This document shows, piece after piece, positions 48,924 to 64,000 of a DNA stretch of 64,000 bases. The notes under the pieces were generated by a model. The model did no database searches and was not told where the DNA came from. It worked only from the letters and a program-made list of their open reading frames with translations. Position 1 is the first letter of the stretch; the number at the start of each line of letters is the position of its first letter. The stretch is from the human T2T-CHM13v2.0 reference genome, Homo sapiens. The stretch lies in NCBI RefSeq assembly GCF_009914755.1, contig NC_060938.1; one strand, 5' to 3'. The position numbers and the translations under genes are program-made.

Positions 48924-51900
48924 CCTGTCTAGGGTGTATTTTTCAGGGTGCTTTTAAATCTGTATATTTAATTTTAAGACAGACTGGCTACAATATAGAG
49001 GGAACAAAAGATAATTGATTTTTGACTTATGCAATTTGTTCTAGACTTATAAGATAGCACTGTTCTTGAACGGAGAAGATCCCAAATAGAGCCCCTCCAC
49101 ATGTGAAAAAGGGTATCCAGCCTTCTCACCTCATAACACCACTCCTGTATTTTGTAAAAGCATGTTATGGTGCAAAAAAGTCTGTTATGAACACTGACTG
49201 GTGCCAGTCAAGCCAGAGCTCTTTCCCCCAAGATAAGGAGAAACAGGGCATGACTGTAGGATTAAAAAATAATAATAAAATAATTAGTTTAAGCTTTGGG
49301 GGTCATCTTCACATTAAAACGAATTGATATGAAGATCACAAAGATCAGCCATATAGAAAATGACCTATCAGATGCTCCAAAAAACTGATTCTTCTAAAAT
49401 CCAGCTGATTCTGAGGTTATTTATGACCAGCATGCCTGCAAAAGGTAAAATCTGCAAAGCCCATCCAATAAGTGCAGCTTCAATAAATATTTCTAATAAA
49501 TTTATGTTCCACCATTCTCTTTTGCAAGCCCATTATATACCCTGATAAAGATTGAGATGTATTATTCAATTCTTTTAAAAGCTGGTTCCTTTTTAAAGGT
49601 GGCTCTGGGTAGTTTTGATGTAGAGGTGTAGGCAACAAGTTTGTTGGGCTTTTTTTGCTTCACAAATAAACCTTTCCATTTAAGAATAATAATTACCATG
49701 GTAACCCTAACAGCTTAAGAATCATTCAGGCATGCAGTTCCTAGGGAGAGAGAGAAAAAAAATCTCAGCATTTCTGAAGCTTGTTTAACCCTTCAAGATT
49801 CAGTGTCCATTTCTTTGGCAGTCAATCTGGTTTAACCTTTCTGTCAAAATATGTAAGAAATCTTTTCACTGGAGGCATCAGGAGGAGACGAAAATGAACA
49901 GAATCAGAAATGATACATTAAATATTAATCTAACCTTATTTAAAGAAGTATGCACCAAATACTGCATGTGAAATAGCGTTTGCCTCCGACACAGGCAGCA
50001 CTCTCTTGCATATCCCAGTTCTGAGAGGAGGGTACGACTAATGAACAGCACTGTCATTATACAGTCAGTGGGGATGTTGTACTGCGAGCCATTCAGACTT
50101 TTCTTTTTCCTCATGTAGCATAAAACTCAGACCATGTAGGAATTGAACAACCTTGATGGCATAATTTGCCTGTAACTGTACCTCAGGAGCAGAAGTCTGA
50201 AGATGGACCAGGATTTGTGACTTTTCTGTCTGCCTTTTCTTCTTGCCCCCCTCTGCCCAATGGCATTTTGCCTGCAGTGCCAAATTTGAGAGCTAAATTA
50301 AAACCTGAAATGTATGCAGCAAGTGTCCTTTAATTAGGAGCAAATATATACCTCCTAGAAAAGTACGAGTCATACTGAACAAACACTGAACTGGGTTTTC
50401 ACAACCATGTTAAAATAATGAACTCTTAGGTTACCTAATAGGCTTGCACAAAATCTTAGGAAATACTTAATATTCTTGCTAGCATTGCTTTTTAGTGGTT
50501 AGGAGGCATTCTTACTCTAAATCTCTCCCTAGTAAATACTGCATTCTGTTGGTACATTTACTAAATCAGAGTAATATCAGAGGAAGAAATGGAAAATTAT
50601 ACTGTTCATGTACAAATGCATTCATCTTGCCTCCAAGTAAACCTAAGCTTGATTCATGAGCCTGTGATTAATATCTCAGAATACACACACACATTTATAT
50701 ATTACATTAATACATATAAATGTATACATCCATAAATATATATTCATTTTATTCCATTGTTTATAATGTTATTATATAATTTACATTGTATTGTCTATTA
50801 TCTGTATAGCTGATCTGTTGAATTTTTTTTTCTGTCAGAAGGATTACTTCTTTTCGTATGCCCATTAAAATTTTAAGAGAAAGGTCCACCGCTTAGCAAG
50901 ACAGCGGTACTTTCAGAATTATTTAGTCCATATTCCTCATATCAATGGGGACAGGAAAAAGGCAGGTAAAAGATGGAGAAATCCAATATGAGTTCACTCT
51001 TCTAACAAAGATTTGATGATGATGATGATTAATGCTATTATCATTACTATTATTATTTTCTAAACATCCCCTTCCGCTAGCTATCCTCTCCAGAAAAGAA
51101 AGAGAAAACTTATGAAGAAGAATCACCGGCAATTTTCCCCCCACAGCCCCTTTATCTTCCCATCAAATCTTGATGCTCATATAGAGCAATGAGCCTCTGA
51201 AAATAATGGTTTGTGGCCTTGGTAACTGAAGGCAATAAGCAATATAACCATTGCCGAATCTCATCATGGGAATGAAATAAACTTCTGTCACTACCTTTTA
51301 TCTTTTTTTTCCTATTCTTTCATACCTTCAAATCATTCTTCATTTTCCAGCCTGTAGCATTGCACTTCATTATTGTTATTATTATTTTACAAAAGTGTTG
51401 TGCCAGGTCCATAGCCAGAGGAAAAGCCTGCAGTAAACTAAAGAAGATTCTTTTTCAAAGCTGTTTTAGGTGAGCTTTTTTGCCTTCCATTGGTTTGGGT
51501 CTAGGAGGTTGAAATGGGACTGCATACATGACACCATCTCACACAGTATTAATCTTCATGTTGAGAAGAAGATGGTCTAAAAGCAGCACCTTCCACAAAT
51601 GACCCCAAGGTGCCTTTAGGTGGTATTCAATTTCTCTTGCCAACTCTTAGCCCTCTCCTACACGCATCTAGCTTGAACACCAAGAAAGGTGGTGTTTTCA
51701 GATTCCCTTTTCTTCTCTCTGTCATAGTGCCTTAACTTCCAGCATTAGAGGTCCATTCTGAGTATTATACCATTTTTTTACAGCAAGGCTTCATTTCTTT
51801 AAATGTAAATGTCCCAGACAGATAAAAAGGCATTGAGCTAGTTATGTCTGAGTCCACATGAATGGCTCCGTCTGAACTCATTTTCCTCTCCTGACATACG

Positions 51901-52644
51901 GCTTAAACAGAGCACAAGGGAATAGTATTTTATTACTAGAAAAAAAAAATAGGAAGGCTCTTGTGGCTATTTTAGATCATTGGGCATTTTCATGGGAAGG
52001 CACAGTTAGGTAAAAAACCTTCATGAGAACTACAGAGGAATTATGGATTTGCTTATATTTATAAGCAAAGAGAAAAGAGGCCTAGAAAGGAGATGAGAGA
52101 TGGAACTACAGAAGCTCAGTTTCATATTCTGTTACTGAGATCCACAGGATACCTCAGGACACTATAGAAAAACTCTGGGAATGTAAATTTGAACTAAAAC
52201 TATTTTGTGCCCTTTAAACCCCTTAACTTAATAATCACATCTCTGAAATGATTTCTAGCTTATTGGAAATACAAGTCTATTGTTATGTCTTAGGGCATGT
52301 ATTGAATATGTATAATAACTGTACCATCATACTGGTGTTGACGATTTATCAACTTTTTCTTTTGTCTCCACCTGACTGGCTTCCCTGAAGTTAATGGGGG
52401 CTACATGATCCAAAGTTTTCTGTAGGCAAAAAGAGTCAATAATCAGACCCAGATGATTTAATAATTTTCTACTCTAGGGTAATCATTTAGCTTTCTTCAA
52501 CTGTGTACTGAAGAGATGATGATGGTACAATCGAAGCAAGTAATAGAACATTATATTATCATGCAATCTATTCCTTTTGAGGATAGTTGTGGACAGGCAT
52601 TCTGGTAAGACAACTGGATAAAAATACATTTTAAAAAGAAAAGG

Positions 52645-52737
52645 TAAGAAATTGGGTAAACAATATATGGAAACTCCTGTACTATCTCTGCAACTTTTCT
52701 GTAAACCTCAAATTAAACCAAAATAAGAAGTTAAAAT
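52645..52737 (+). mobile_element. L1M 3'-terminal fragment
   Basis: tatatggaaactcctgtactatctctgcaacttttctgtaaacct. Confidence 0.75.
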
Positions 52738-52829
52738 ATCAGGAAAGAAGGAAAATAAGATGGAGATGGAGACATAAGAGAAGGAAAGAGAGACCACAGT
52801 ATTAGGGTGAAAAGTGAAGAAGCATGAGC

Positions 52830-53055
52830 AATGTTCAATGACTTCTCACTCTCTGCCAGGCACTCTTCTGGCTACCTTATAATTTTTGCTCATTAATTCT
52901 GACATAATTCTTATGAGTAGATACTATTATTCTCATTTTAAAATTAAACGAATTAGGATTCTAGGGGATAAAAAATGTATCGAGACTAAACAAACAGGAA
53001 GTGCCCTAGCTAGAATTTGACTCAATTTGTCTCCGATTTCAAATACTCTGACTTT
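52830..53055 (-). mobile_element. MIR SINE
   Basis: tgccaggcact...ctcattaattct...tattattctcatttta...tagaatttgactca. Confidence 0.65.
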
Positions 53056-54407
53056 TCCTGTGGTCGCTTTTCACCTGTTTTCACTCCCCTCTGGACTTTT
53101 CTTTTGCCACACAGCTTTTTGATAGACAGGTATCCAATCAAATCCTCATCCTATTCAGTTGATCTAATTTTTTCTATGGCATAAAATATGCTGTCCTTGT
53201 GAAACACCCAGGTCTGTGTTTAACTTGGTAAGGCAACGAGTTCAAGAAAAACCCAGCTGAGGTATCCAACCCTCAATGCTGTGATAGTTGCATTTTATAT
53301 CAAATAGTCCTCTAATATTCTCTTTGACAAGTAGAATCCACACTCCCTCATGTTAAATTGTTAATGGCTTCCCTTGTGGTTGGCTGTTCTGATTTCATCA
53401 TAATTTAGACTCCTCATTTTATGTTGGCAAAATTGTCTAGAATAACATCACAGCCCTTGGCTATAAGCCCTTGATGTACCCAAGAAACAGAAGTGTACGC
53501 TCCCATAAGGACAGCGCTTGCTTTCTTGCTTTCACTCTTTTTCTCTCACTCCCTGGCTGTTTGGTTGTTGTCATGTTTTCTCTGGCTTTTCTTTTCCCCC
53601 ATTCTGCTTGTAATGTTTCTATTGTTCCCTAAAGCATACTCCTAGTAAATCAGTAACATATCCATGTTATTTTTTGGCAGATATTCCAAAAGGATGTATC
53701 TGATCTGAAAATCTTTAGTTGCAATTGAGTTATGTGTTTCATTTTAAATTTGTACATCTTTGTTCTGTAAATGTTAGGTATCTCGCTCTTTGGAAACAGG
53801 GAAAAATATCAACACAATGCCTTTCCCTTCTGGTGCTGCAGTTTTTTGTGTGTTTGTTTGTTTGTTTGTTTTAATGCTTGAAGGATTCTGTTTAGACCAT
53901 GACCTTGTTTCAATTTGAGTACACAAATTCATCCACTTTTCATAACAAGCATCCATACTTTGGCATGACCTTCTATAAATGCAGCACAGGAAGTATTACG
54001 CATTCCTCTCAACATTCTTTCAAAGGTTTAAGTTCCTGAAGTTTTTGTAGTTGTTGTTGTTGTTGTTAATCTTCAGAGGTCCTGGTAACTACTGGAGATG
54101 ATGCAGGGAATTCTAAAATTCTATCCTTTTAAAACACAGATTAACAGTGTTCTTCTCAGACGTAAGATATATAAACCCACATGCCATACTTAGAAACAAA
54201 AATAAAACAAAACAGAAAAACATAAAATAAAAGTAGAGAAAATTTTGCCGTTCCTTCTTTCAACCAGTCTATTTGTGATGATCAGGCATATTTCCATCAA
54301 AAGACCCCTCATATCTATTTCCCCACAGAAATTCATGTTGTGGAGTTCTGTTTAATAGCACACCTAGAAGGGCATAGGGCAAGGCCAGGGTTAATTAGTC
54401 CTATAGG

Positions 54408-54530
54408 TAGGGTGACCATACAACTCATCCTCCAAATCAGGACATTTTGACAGTAAAACTGAAAGTTATTAATAACAGGTGCCAGAAAAACAAGGAAAAC
54501 AAGTAACAAACTGGGATAAACATCCAAGTA
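54408..54530. mobile_element. MER81-like (hAT-Blackjack)
   Basis: tagggtgaccatacaactcatcctccaaatcaggacattttgacagtaaaa. Confidence 0.65.
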
Positions 54531-54618
54531 GGCTGAGATGTATTTTCACTTCATTGTCTAATGTAATTATTAATACTGTCTCCTTTCACTCTCAAATTGT
54601 CCCCATTCTGGGTAATAT

Positions 54619-55830
<1,212 letters not shown>

Positions 55831-58800
55831 AATTAAGCATATTCATAACATTTATACACTTAAAGGCAGAGCCTCTGTTTGTGACCGGCCAGAGATGAGG
55901 CTACTGTCTGTAAGAGAATAGAATTAAATGTCTGGCATAGATCTCATAATCTTAGCTTAAATTGCACTGAAAACTGAGAAACAGATCTAATCGTAATTAG
56001 TACAAGTAAAAGCAGCCCAAAGACTGAAACAGTGATAAGACCTGTGCTACTCCAGAAAATTTTTATGAATATAAAGCAGCTTGACTATAATATGTGCACA
56101 TTACTTGTCTCATATTACATAGTCCTTCAGCATCTCATCCTCAGTGAACTCTTCCGCTTCTGAATTTCTGTACTACTGAATGTATTATAAATGTAAGGTC
56201 CTTTTCATAGTGACCATACACTGTCATTATGTTTCATGATCTCTGTCATTTTCTTTATTAGATGATAAATTTGAAAGCTTATACTCCATGGCTTGTAACT
56301 TTTCCTCTTCCCATAAAACCTGTGTAGGGCAACATCTTGCTGATAGTAGGCACTGACATGTAGGTGTACGTGATGTGGAGGTATGCATTAGAACATGAAT
56401 TGCCTCAATTTTACCTTATTAAAAAAAGCAAAAACATTTTTTTATGTGGAGTACACAAAAGTTTGAAGGTAAAAAAACCTAATCTTGAAACCCTGCCATG
56501 TCTCCTGACTGGAACCCTTTGTGATGAATGCCTAACCTTTAGCAACTTTGATACCCATGGGTATTCATGAAGGAACAGAGCTCCAACTGTACAGTACATT
56601 CTCAGCCTCGGGGTTTAGCCCATCTCATCCTCTTTGAGTTATGGGTCCCTGTTCTTTTACTCAGATTTATGAATTCAGAGAGCATCATAGGAGTCAGGTA
56701 CAGCACATAAATCAAATGACACAGGAACATGGGACAAGCTGCAGAATTATCATCGTCCCTTTCTACACTTCACAATGTCAGCGAGGATATGTCTAGTAGC
56801 TTAGTAGCTTGAAACAGTTAACCTAAGTGCTTAGCTCATTGTGTGGGTTTCATTTGGGCACAAGAAAAATACTGGCTTCGTATATTTCTGCACTCGATGA
56901 TAAATTTATAACCTAAATGCATAATATATAACATGTGATTCTATTTGCTAAAAAATGGTGTTGGATTAGACAGTCTCCAAGGTTTCTTGTAGTTCTGAAA
57001 TTCTATAATTCAATGAGCTTATATTTTAAATGTTTTATACTGTCTGATAACAAGGACCCTTTTAATGATTTTTAATGTTTGTGATGAGACCATTAAAAAC
57101 ATTTTCTCCCATCAAAAACAATAATATTTAGCGTTTTTCAATTGGTCTCTAAAATATCAATCTTCACTGTTCAGGGAATAAACAGTGATGTGTCAAATAA
57201 ACCATTGTCTTTATATTAACAGATTTTAAATACTCTATATCAAAATAACTCCATATAAGGGTAACACAAGTCACTGGTTTTCCAAAGACTTGTGCTCCCA
57301 TCTATGGGTTTAGAGCAGTTGCTAGGAACTAGTTTTACAGACAGTGTTTATAAATCCAATTTCCCCTTGCCTCAATATGGGGAGTGGGGGGGCGCTAGTA
57401 CAATTTGGACATAAAGGACATGTATCATTTCTAGTACTAGCCTATGTAAAATTCCCATATAATCATTCATGCTCTGTTTCTTAGAGTAATTGTTGAAACC
57501 ACACAATGAAGATAATGAAGCCACCATTATCCTGGGGCCCTTGAATGGAACAGAGTATTCTTCCCTTTCTATCAACAACCTGTCCCATCCCAATAATTAA
57601 TTATTAAACTTTATATGAATGGGAAGTATGCTTCCATTTCATAAACCACTGATACTTTGGAATTTATTACTTATACAGCAGGTATTACTAATGTAGCCAG
57701 AACAATTGAGCTTACACTACTTCTTTCAAAACAAACTACTACTTTCAAAACAAACAAACAAAAAGCACTATTTTTTTTAGAACTTTAAAGAATGTTTCAT
57801 TTTTCCTTCCATGAATCTTGACACAGAAACACATCTATGAAAAGTAAAAGGATGTGTTTTGGTTTAAAAGTGTGAAATTTTGTTTTTGTTTACTATAAGT
57901 GCCTAAAACATATTTTTAACAGTCTAAACATAATTTAATGTCTATAGAAAATGAGGTCATATAGAAATAGGTATTCTACCCCATCCATGATAATTTTTTT
58001 TTTTTTTTTAAACCCTTAGCAGAGTTAGACACAGACGAGGTCTCGTGTACTCTGAAGTGACTACATATCCCCCCAGGATCTTTCTGTTATTTCAATTAAA
58101 CCAACTGATGTTTCCAGGTTGGTAAAACTGAAATCTAGGATAACAGTTCCCCCTGTCACATTTTTCTTATAAAAGATGAAAAATAACTTTTTGAATGCTC
58201 TATTTTTAACTGGACAAAAATGTTTACACCTGCCTGGAGAGGTGAAGCCCCTCCTCAATTCTACTTGGGTTCGAGTGCCTGCACCAGTACTCGCCATGTT
58301 TTTCCTCCTTTGCTGAGGTCGTCTTGAGCCCACTGTTATAGCTCTATAGTAGTTCCACTTCCCTCTGCTTTTATCCTCACTCAAAATTTCCCGGGAATGA
58401 TCTACCTTCATATTTGTGGATTTTCTAAAGGAAATTTTCTAAACACATACTACTCCTCCTAACATGCCAGAATCTTTGGGATTTAGTACCTCTTTCATTT
58501 GAGTTATTCCTTTTACAGAATTTTATCTCTACTCAATTTTATCTATACTGTCATATTTGCTTTATTACCTTCTAATCTCAAGCTCACTTTTTTATTGGCT
58601 GTACTTTGTGCTGCAATTTATAGAAAATAAAGTCACTACATAGTATTTTTAGACCTCATCAATTATTTTTTTTCTTGTGAGCACTTTGTTATTCTTATAT
58701 CCATATTGTATGATAGTGTTAAACTATACAGTTTCTTCTGAGAATTCATGGGACAGTTTGTCAAATGTTTGAAGAAATCAATTGTTCTACAACATGTTTT

Positions 58801-60704
58801 CCCTGAAATATCAACCTGTTAATTATCTCTTGAAAAGAAACTGAAGTTGTTTTAACTTGAACTACCAACTTTGAGATTCTTCTTTTATATCTTAGAATAC
58901 ATGTGTTTATTATTAATGATCACCATATACATTTTTGAAACCTGTTTACTACCCAATTAATATTGAATTTATGTGCTTGAATTTCTATATTTTGCTTGTT
59001 AGGAGATTTGGATATTTATCCATTTCTAGTCTTCTGACACTGTTTCCATTTTTCATTTCTCACCATAATTAATTCCAATGGCTGTGAAATTATATGCAAC
59101 TCCATATAAAAATTAATCTGAATGCAGTGTTTTCTTCCTATATTTGATGATCTAGTCAAGAATTCCTTGTACCTAATCCTGACATTATCTGAGCAACAAT
59201 TTGAAGGCCTGATTCTTAAATGAAAGTAAGAATTTGAGTGAGTTGTTTCTCCTCCTTTTTTATCATCTTTCCCAACAATAAGCCTATTTTTTCCTTGTCA
59301 ACCTTCCTGGTTGGATGATAGCTGTAAAAAACACTATTTTGGATTGATGTTGATATGGATATTAAACAGGTCATTTGGCATTCTAGCCAAATGTACATTA
59401 TTGTGCTAGTTTCAGAATACTTTTTTGCATCCTTTGTTGTTTACGGTTTTTTCCTACCAATTGCTCATATGCTTTTAAAGTTTCAGTTCATGTGAAAGCT
59501 TTTTTTAAAAACCATTATACTGATTTAATGAAGAGATTTTTGGAAGCCTAGAAGTTAAATGACAAAATAATGCAACAAGCAAAGCTGTGTGTTTAGAATG
59601 CCAAAGAGGGAAAGAAATCCTTTAAAATCCATTATCCTGACCCATGTTTGGGTTTTACTTGTATCCTTCTTTAAAACAATCTCACTCCATATGTGTTCAC
59701 ATAAGTATTCTGTGTGGTTATGCCCACAAGTGTGCATACCTGAGAATTTCAGGAGTAAAGGTGAGTTTCAATTACAATGGTGCTTGATTAGCACCTACCT
59801 GCTTTTCATTTTCCTTGCCTTTTTCAGTTTCCACAAAATTTCTACCACAAAAGTTTACCTGATTTTGGATCAAAACCTTGAAAAAGATTATGTTGTGAAG
59901 TTTCTGAGGTAAGCTTAGGTAGGGTCTTTAAATTTGATACCTTTCAAAGATCTTCCCAAGATCTAGAATTTCTCTTCATTGCAAAAGATATGTTCCATAA
60001 ACAGAGGAGTTTTCAACTTTATGGCTTACAGTTTCATTAGAACTATATTACATTCAAAAGCATGTTTTGATTTTGATTTTGGTTTTACATTTATACCAGG
60101 ATCACTGTTCTCTATTAGGCTACATACACTGTGCGAGCTCTTTCAAAGTGTCTTTGGAAAGGGGAAAAGCCTTTCAAGCTTTAAAAAAAAATTAATTCTT
60201 AGGGAGAAACAAATACTGAAGCCTGTAGATACAATGACTACAAGAGTTTTTTAGTTGTTGCTCCAGGCCATCATAAAAAGAAAAAAAAAAAAAAACCAAC
60301 AACAACACTGGCCTTTGTGATTTTAGCAATCTTGTTTTTCATTACTTCCTACTGCTGTTCACACACCTGTTTTCACTTGTGTTGGCATCCTCTTCAGAAC
60401 AGCAAAAAAATCATATTACTTTCCTCATTTTGTCCAATATGTTAAATAGAGACTTGGTTTCAACAAGTTCATATAAAAATGAGAATAACTCTACATTTCT
60501 TCCTGAACAGGGTCCTAAGGAAGCTCTAAGCATGGCAACAATTTACTCACTAATTATATATTAACTGTGAAAGCAATATTAGAAATTTCTTTTCATTTCT
60601 CTAAAACACACTGCTTCCAGGCTGGTAATTTATTTTAATTGAATGCTGAGAAAATTGTTCACTGAGAAACAGAAAAACAGTTCATTTGGGTCTAAAAAAT
60701 ATAT

Positions 60705-60965
60705 GCGAACCCAAATGCTCACAGGGGTCAGGCAGATAATATAAATGAGTGAAATGGACCAACGGATTTATCAGTGGGCAGGAGATCTTTGGGCCTTGTC
60801 TAAGGGGGTACTAAGAACAGGCTAGCGGGCGAGCACCTTCAGGACCGAGGCTTCTGTTTCCAGGTCTTCCCATTTTTAAAGGGATGCCTGGAACTTAGAT
60901 TTTTATTTGAAACATTCTGCTGCTTTTCAAATCTTGGCAATCAATTAAAACATATTTTAAAACCC
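60705..60965. mobile_element. MER102-like (hAT-Charlie)
   Basis: caaatgctcacaggggtcaggcagataatataaatgagtgaa...gtctaagggg...gatttttatttgaaa...ttggcaatcaatt. Confidence 0.7.
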
Positions 60966-60975
60966 TCTGCATATC

Positions 60976-61040
60976 AGAGGAAGGAAGGAAGAAAGGAAGG
61001 GAGGAAGGAAGGAAAGGAGAGAGGGAGGGAGGGAGGGAAG
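60976..61040. repeat. Interrupted (GGAA)n/(GGGA)n polypurine tract
   Basis: Pure purine run of ~65 bp. Confidence 0.9.
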
Positions 61041-61310
61041 GAAGGAAAGAAAGAAAAAAACAAAACACACTTGAGGATAGGCTGGACATGGACATCACCA
61101 TTTTACAACCTTTGTTTTCGGTGGAAAAAAAATGAGTTTTCCTCTAGGTAGAAATGATCTTTAGCTTTTTGTTATGACTTCATTCTATTTTGTTGCATCT
61201 TTTTTTCATTGTGTCACTATTGAAAAGGTTCTCGATAATAAGAAAACTTAAAAGTGAAATTAGTGAATTACATATATATAAGTATATGGTATATGTGTGT
61301 GCACCTACAT

Positions 61311-61336
61311 ACACACACACACACACACACACACAC
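61311..61336. repeat. (AC)13 microsatellite
   Basis: Perfect dinucleotide run. Confidence 0.95.
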
Positions 61337-62554
61337 TATATGTGTACATATAGAGCACATATGTGGAGGCCAAAAAAGAGAGGAAAATAAGTGCTTACTT
61401 TCTTAGAAATCTTGAAGTAGGAAAATTGCCTGAACTTTTAAAAGGTAGTTACATTCAGGAGACAAGTAAAGTTCAGCACACTCCATCATTTTGAAGGAAG
61501 GCCATCAAATCTGAGTATGTGTGGATCTCCATGTTTATTTATAGTAGGAAACTTACAGCATTGGATATGCTCTGATTAGTTTGCACTGTACCATGGCAAT
61601 TTATTCCATTGTGGGATTCAAAATAGCTTTCTGTATTTTTTTTCTCTTCAAGTCTCCATTTCAGAGATTTTTTTAATTATGTGATAGTGGTATTATTTTG
61701 TGTATGTGTGAACATTTTCACAAAGCCCAAATAAGATTACTCTAAATATCCATAAATCTAATTGATTCTCATTTTTCTTTTCTAGTATTACAAATTATAT
61801 ATTTACTATGTGCCTCATATTATTGAAAAATGAATTAAATTTGCAAATTAGAATTCTTTATTCCTAAGTCAATTTCTTTCTTCTCTCAAGGTACATATAG
61901 AACAAGAATATTAATATCAGTTAATTAGATGTCCACATTTTGAGACCTTTTAGTTGGTTTCAGATTCATTCTTCAGATTGCAAAGTAACTGGCCAATTTG
62001 ATCAACTGATGCTATAAAAGAATCTTCAGAGAAAAATGATCAAATGATCATCCAAGTCAGTTTTATTTGGTACTTATCAATTAATTATTATAGTCCATAC
62101 CCCTAAAATATTTTGGATAGTATAAGTACAACTCCATGTATCAAATGATCAGTTGATAAGTAAAAACACATCTATAAATTGGTTTGTTTGTGTAAGTTAA
62201 GCAGCTGTTTTTATTAATAAATTATTGAATTATCTTATTTTCATGAAATAGCCTTAATTTTGTTAATCTAATTTTAAATATTAAATTTAGCACTTGTAGA
62301 GATAATTATCTTCCCATATATATTAATATTGTTATGTTTTAATTTTATTTAATTTCCCTTAGTCTCTTCTTTGATTTATTCTTTTTCTTCTTAGAATCAT
62401 ATTATTGATGAGTCTTACAGCTACTTTCTACTTAGTTATGGTAAAAAGTCATCTGCCCCCTCCACCTCAGCTACTTACTATACCTTGTCTCGAATTGTTA
62501 TTTACTCATTTATCAACACCCAGAAGAAAACACGCATACATCTTCACTACCTTG

Positions 62555-63403
62555 AATTATTTAGTGGTTTCTTAGAGATGATAGCAAAAGTGATAATAGA
62601 AAAAAATAAATTAGACCTTATACAAGTTAAAAACTTTCGTGTTGCACACAATGCCATTAGAAAGTGAAAAGGTAACCCACAAGTTGAGAGCAAATATTTG
62701 CAAATCATGTATCTGATAAGGAACTTGAATCCAGCATATATGAGAATATGTCACAATATATAAAGAACTCCTATAACTCAATAATAAGCAAATATTCCAG
62801 TTAAAAATAGGTAAATAATTTGCAAAGACATTTCTACAAAGAAGACACACATATGGCCCATAAGTACATGAAAAGATGCTCAATATCACTAGCCATTAGG
62901 GAAATACAAATCAAAACCACAATGAGATTTCATTTCACACCCTCTAGGATGGCTATAATAAAAGAAGATGGAGATTAACAGTGTGAACTGGGATGTGGAG
63001 AAATTGGAACGCTTATACATTGTTGGCGGGGATGTAGAAAAGATGCAGCCACTCTTGACTCATGACTTATCCCCAGGAATTTTTAAGATTCAAGTGCAAT
63101 TAATAGAAAATGAAAATGGGGAGGGGAGATATCATGTTCTTATATTAAGTTGGTAATAAGATTAAGTCCCCAAGCTCAATTTGACAGTTCCTCAAAGGGT
63201 TAAGCATAGATTAATCATATGACACAACAATTCCATGACTAGCTATAAACCACAAGAAATGAAAACCTAAGTCCATCCAAAATGTTGGACAAATGATCTT
63301 AGACAAAAAGTGGAAGCAACCCAAATTTCCATTAATTTTATAATTTTATATTCCATTAATTTATGAATGGCTGAATAAAATGTAGTATGTATACACAATG
63401 AAT
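62555..63403 (+). mobile_element. L1 (L1MB/MC-type) ORF2 3' end and start of 3' UTR
   Basis: aaatatttgcaaatcatgtatctgataagg...catgaaaagatgctcaatatcactagccattaggg...aaaagtggaagcaacccaaat. Confidence 0.88.
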
Positions 63404-63560
63404 GTAGAATGTTGAACATAAGCAGTGAGAGCAGGTATCCCAGTCACTTCCTGATCATTGGGGTAAACAATTCATTCTTTTGTGTTAAGTATTTGTTAGC
63501 TATTCGTTTTCAGTTATGAGGTTCAGTATTCTTATTCTAGAGCAGTAAATATTCTTTGTG
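63404..63560 (-). mobile_element. Old L1 ORF2 (RT-region) fragment
   Basis: aatgttgaacataagcagtgagagcaggtatcc...ttcctgatc is the antisense of the L1 '[14 protein letters not shown]' region. Confidence 0.65.
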
Positions 63561-63783
63561 GAACATCATTTCAAATTTTATTATCATTGTGGTGCATATA
63601 CTGGAGTGAAACCCACATGGTTATTTGTAGTCTGTGGAAGCAAGGAGTCTCCGTTGCCTCAGAACCAAGACAACTACACATGCATCTTCTATTACTTTCT
63701 TCTCACTGAATTTAAGATGGAATACAACTGATAATTTTTTTCTCTATTAGGTATTTTGTTGCAAAAACTATTTATCATTCTGC

Positions 63784-63875
63784 TATATATATATTATATA
63801 TATATAAATATATATATGGGAAAAATATATATATATAAATATATATACATGGGAATATATATATATATATATATG
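63784..63875. repeat. Imperfect (TA)n
   Basis: Long TA-rich run with a repeated atggga unit. Confidence 0.9.
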
Positions 63876-64000
63876 TTTGGTGAATCCTGAACTTGTTGCT
63901 ATCTGAGAGCTGAATGCAGAAAATTAAACAGGTCTGGCTTCTACCCACTAAGAGATTATAATCATTTACTGATATGAGTGTAGGCATTAAATTTATTCTG

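Noticed and set aside
58061-58411. 116-aa minus-strand ORF
   Set aside because: No recognisable homology, promoter or exon boundaries

Overview
AT-rich, CpG-depleted primate (human-like) genomic DNA. Alu, THE1/MST and L1MA elements sit among older mammalian repeats (MIR, L2, L1ME, MLT1, MER DNA transposons). I see no protein-coding exon, CpG island, tRNA/rRNA or CRISPR-like array that I can support. The listed ORFs are short, repeat-derived or compositionally random. The window reads as deep intron or intergenic sequence, and I cannot name the locus. Repeat family calls come from recalled consensus sequences, so subfamily names and most boundaries are approximate (tens of bp). I found no evidence of a novel biological system. 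The most worthwhile leads are: a nested L2>MLT1>MST cluster with a 3' deletion, several repeat-poor blocks with developmental TF-motif clusters (candidate enhancers), three minus-strand exon-like segments (possible lncRNA), a possible very old CR1 remnant, and several local tandem duplications.
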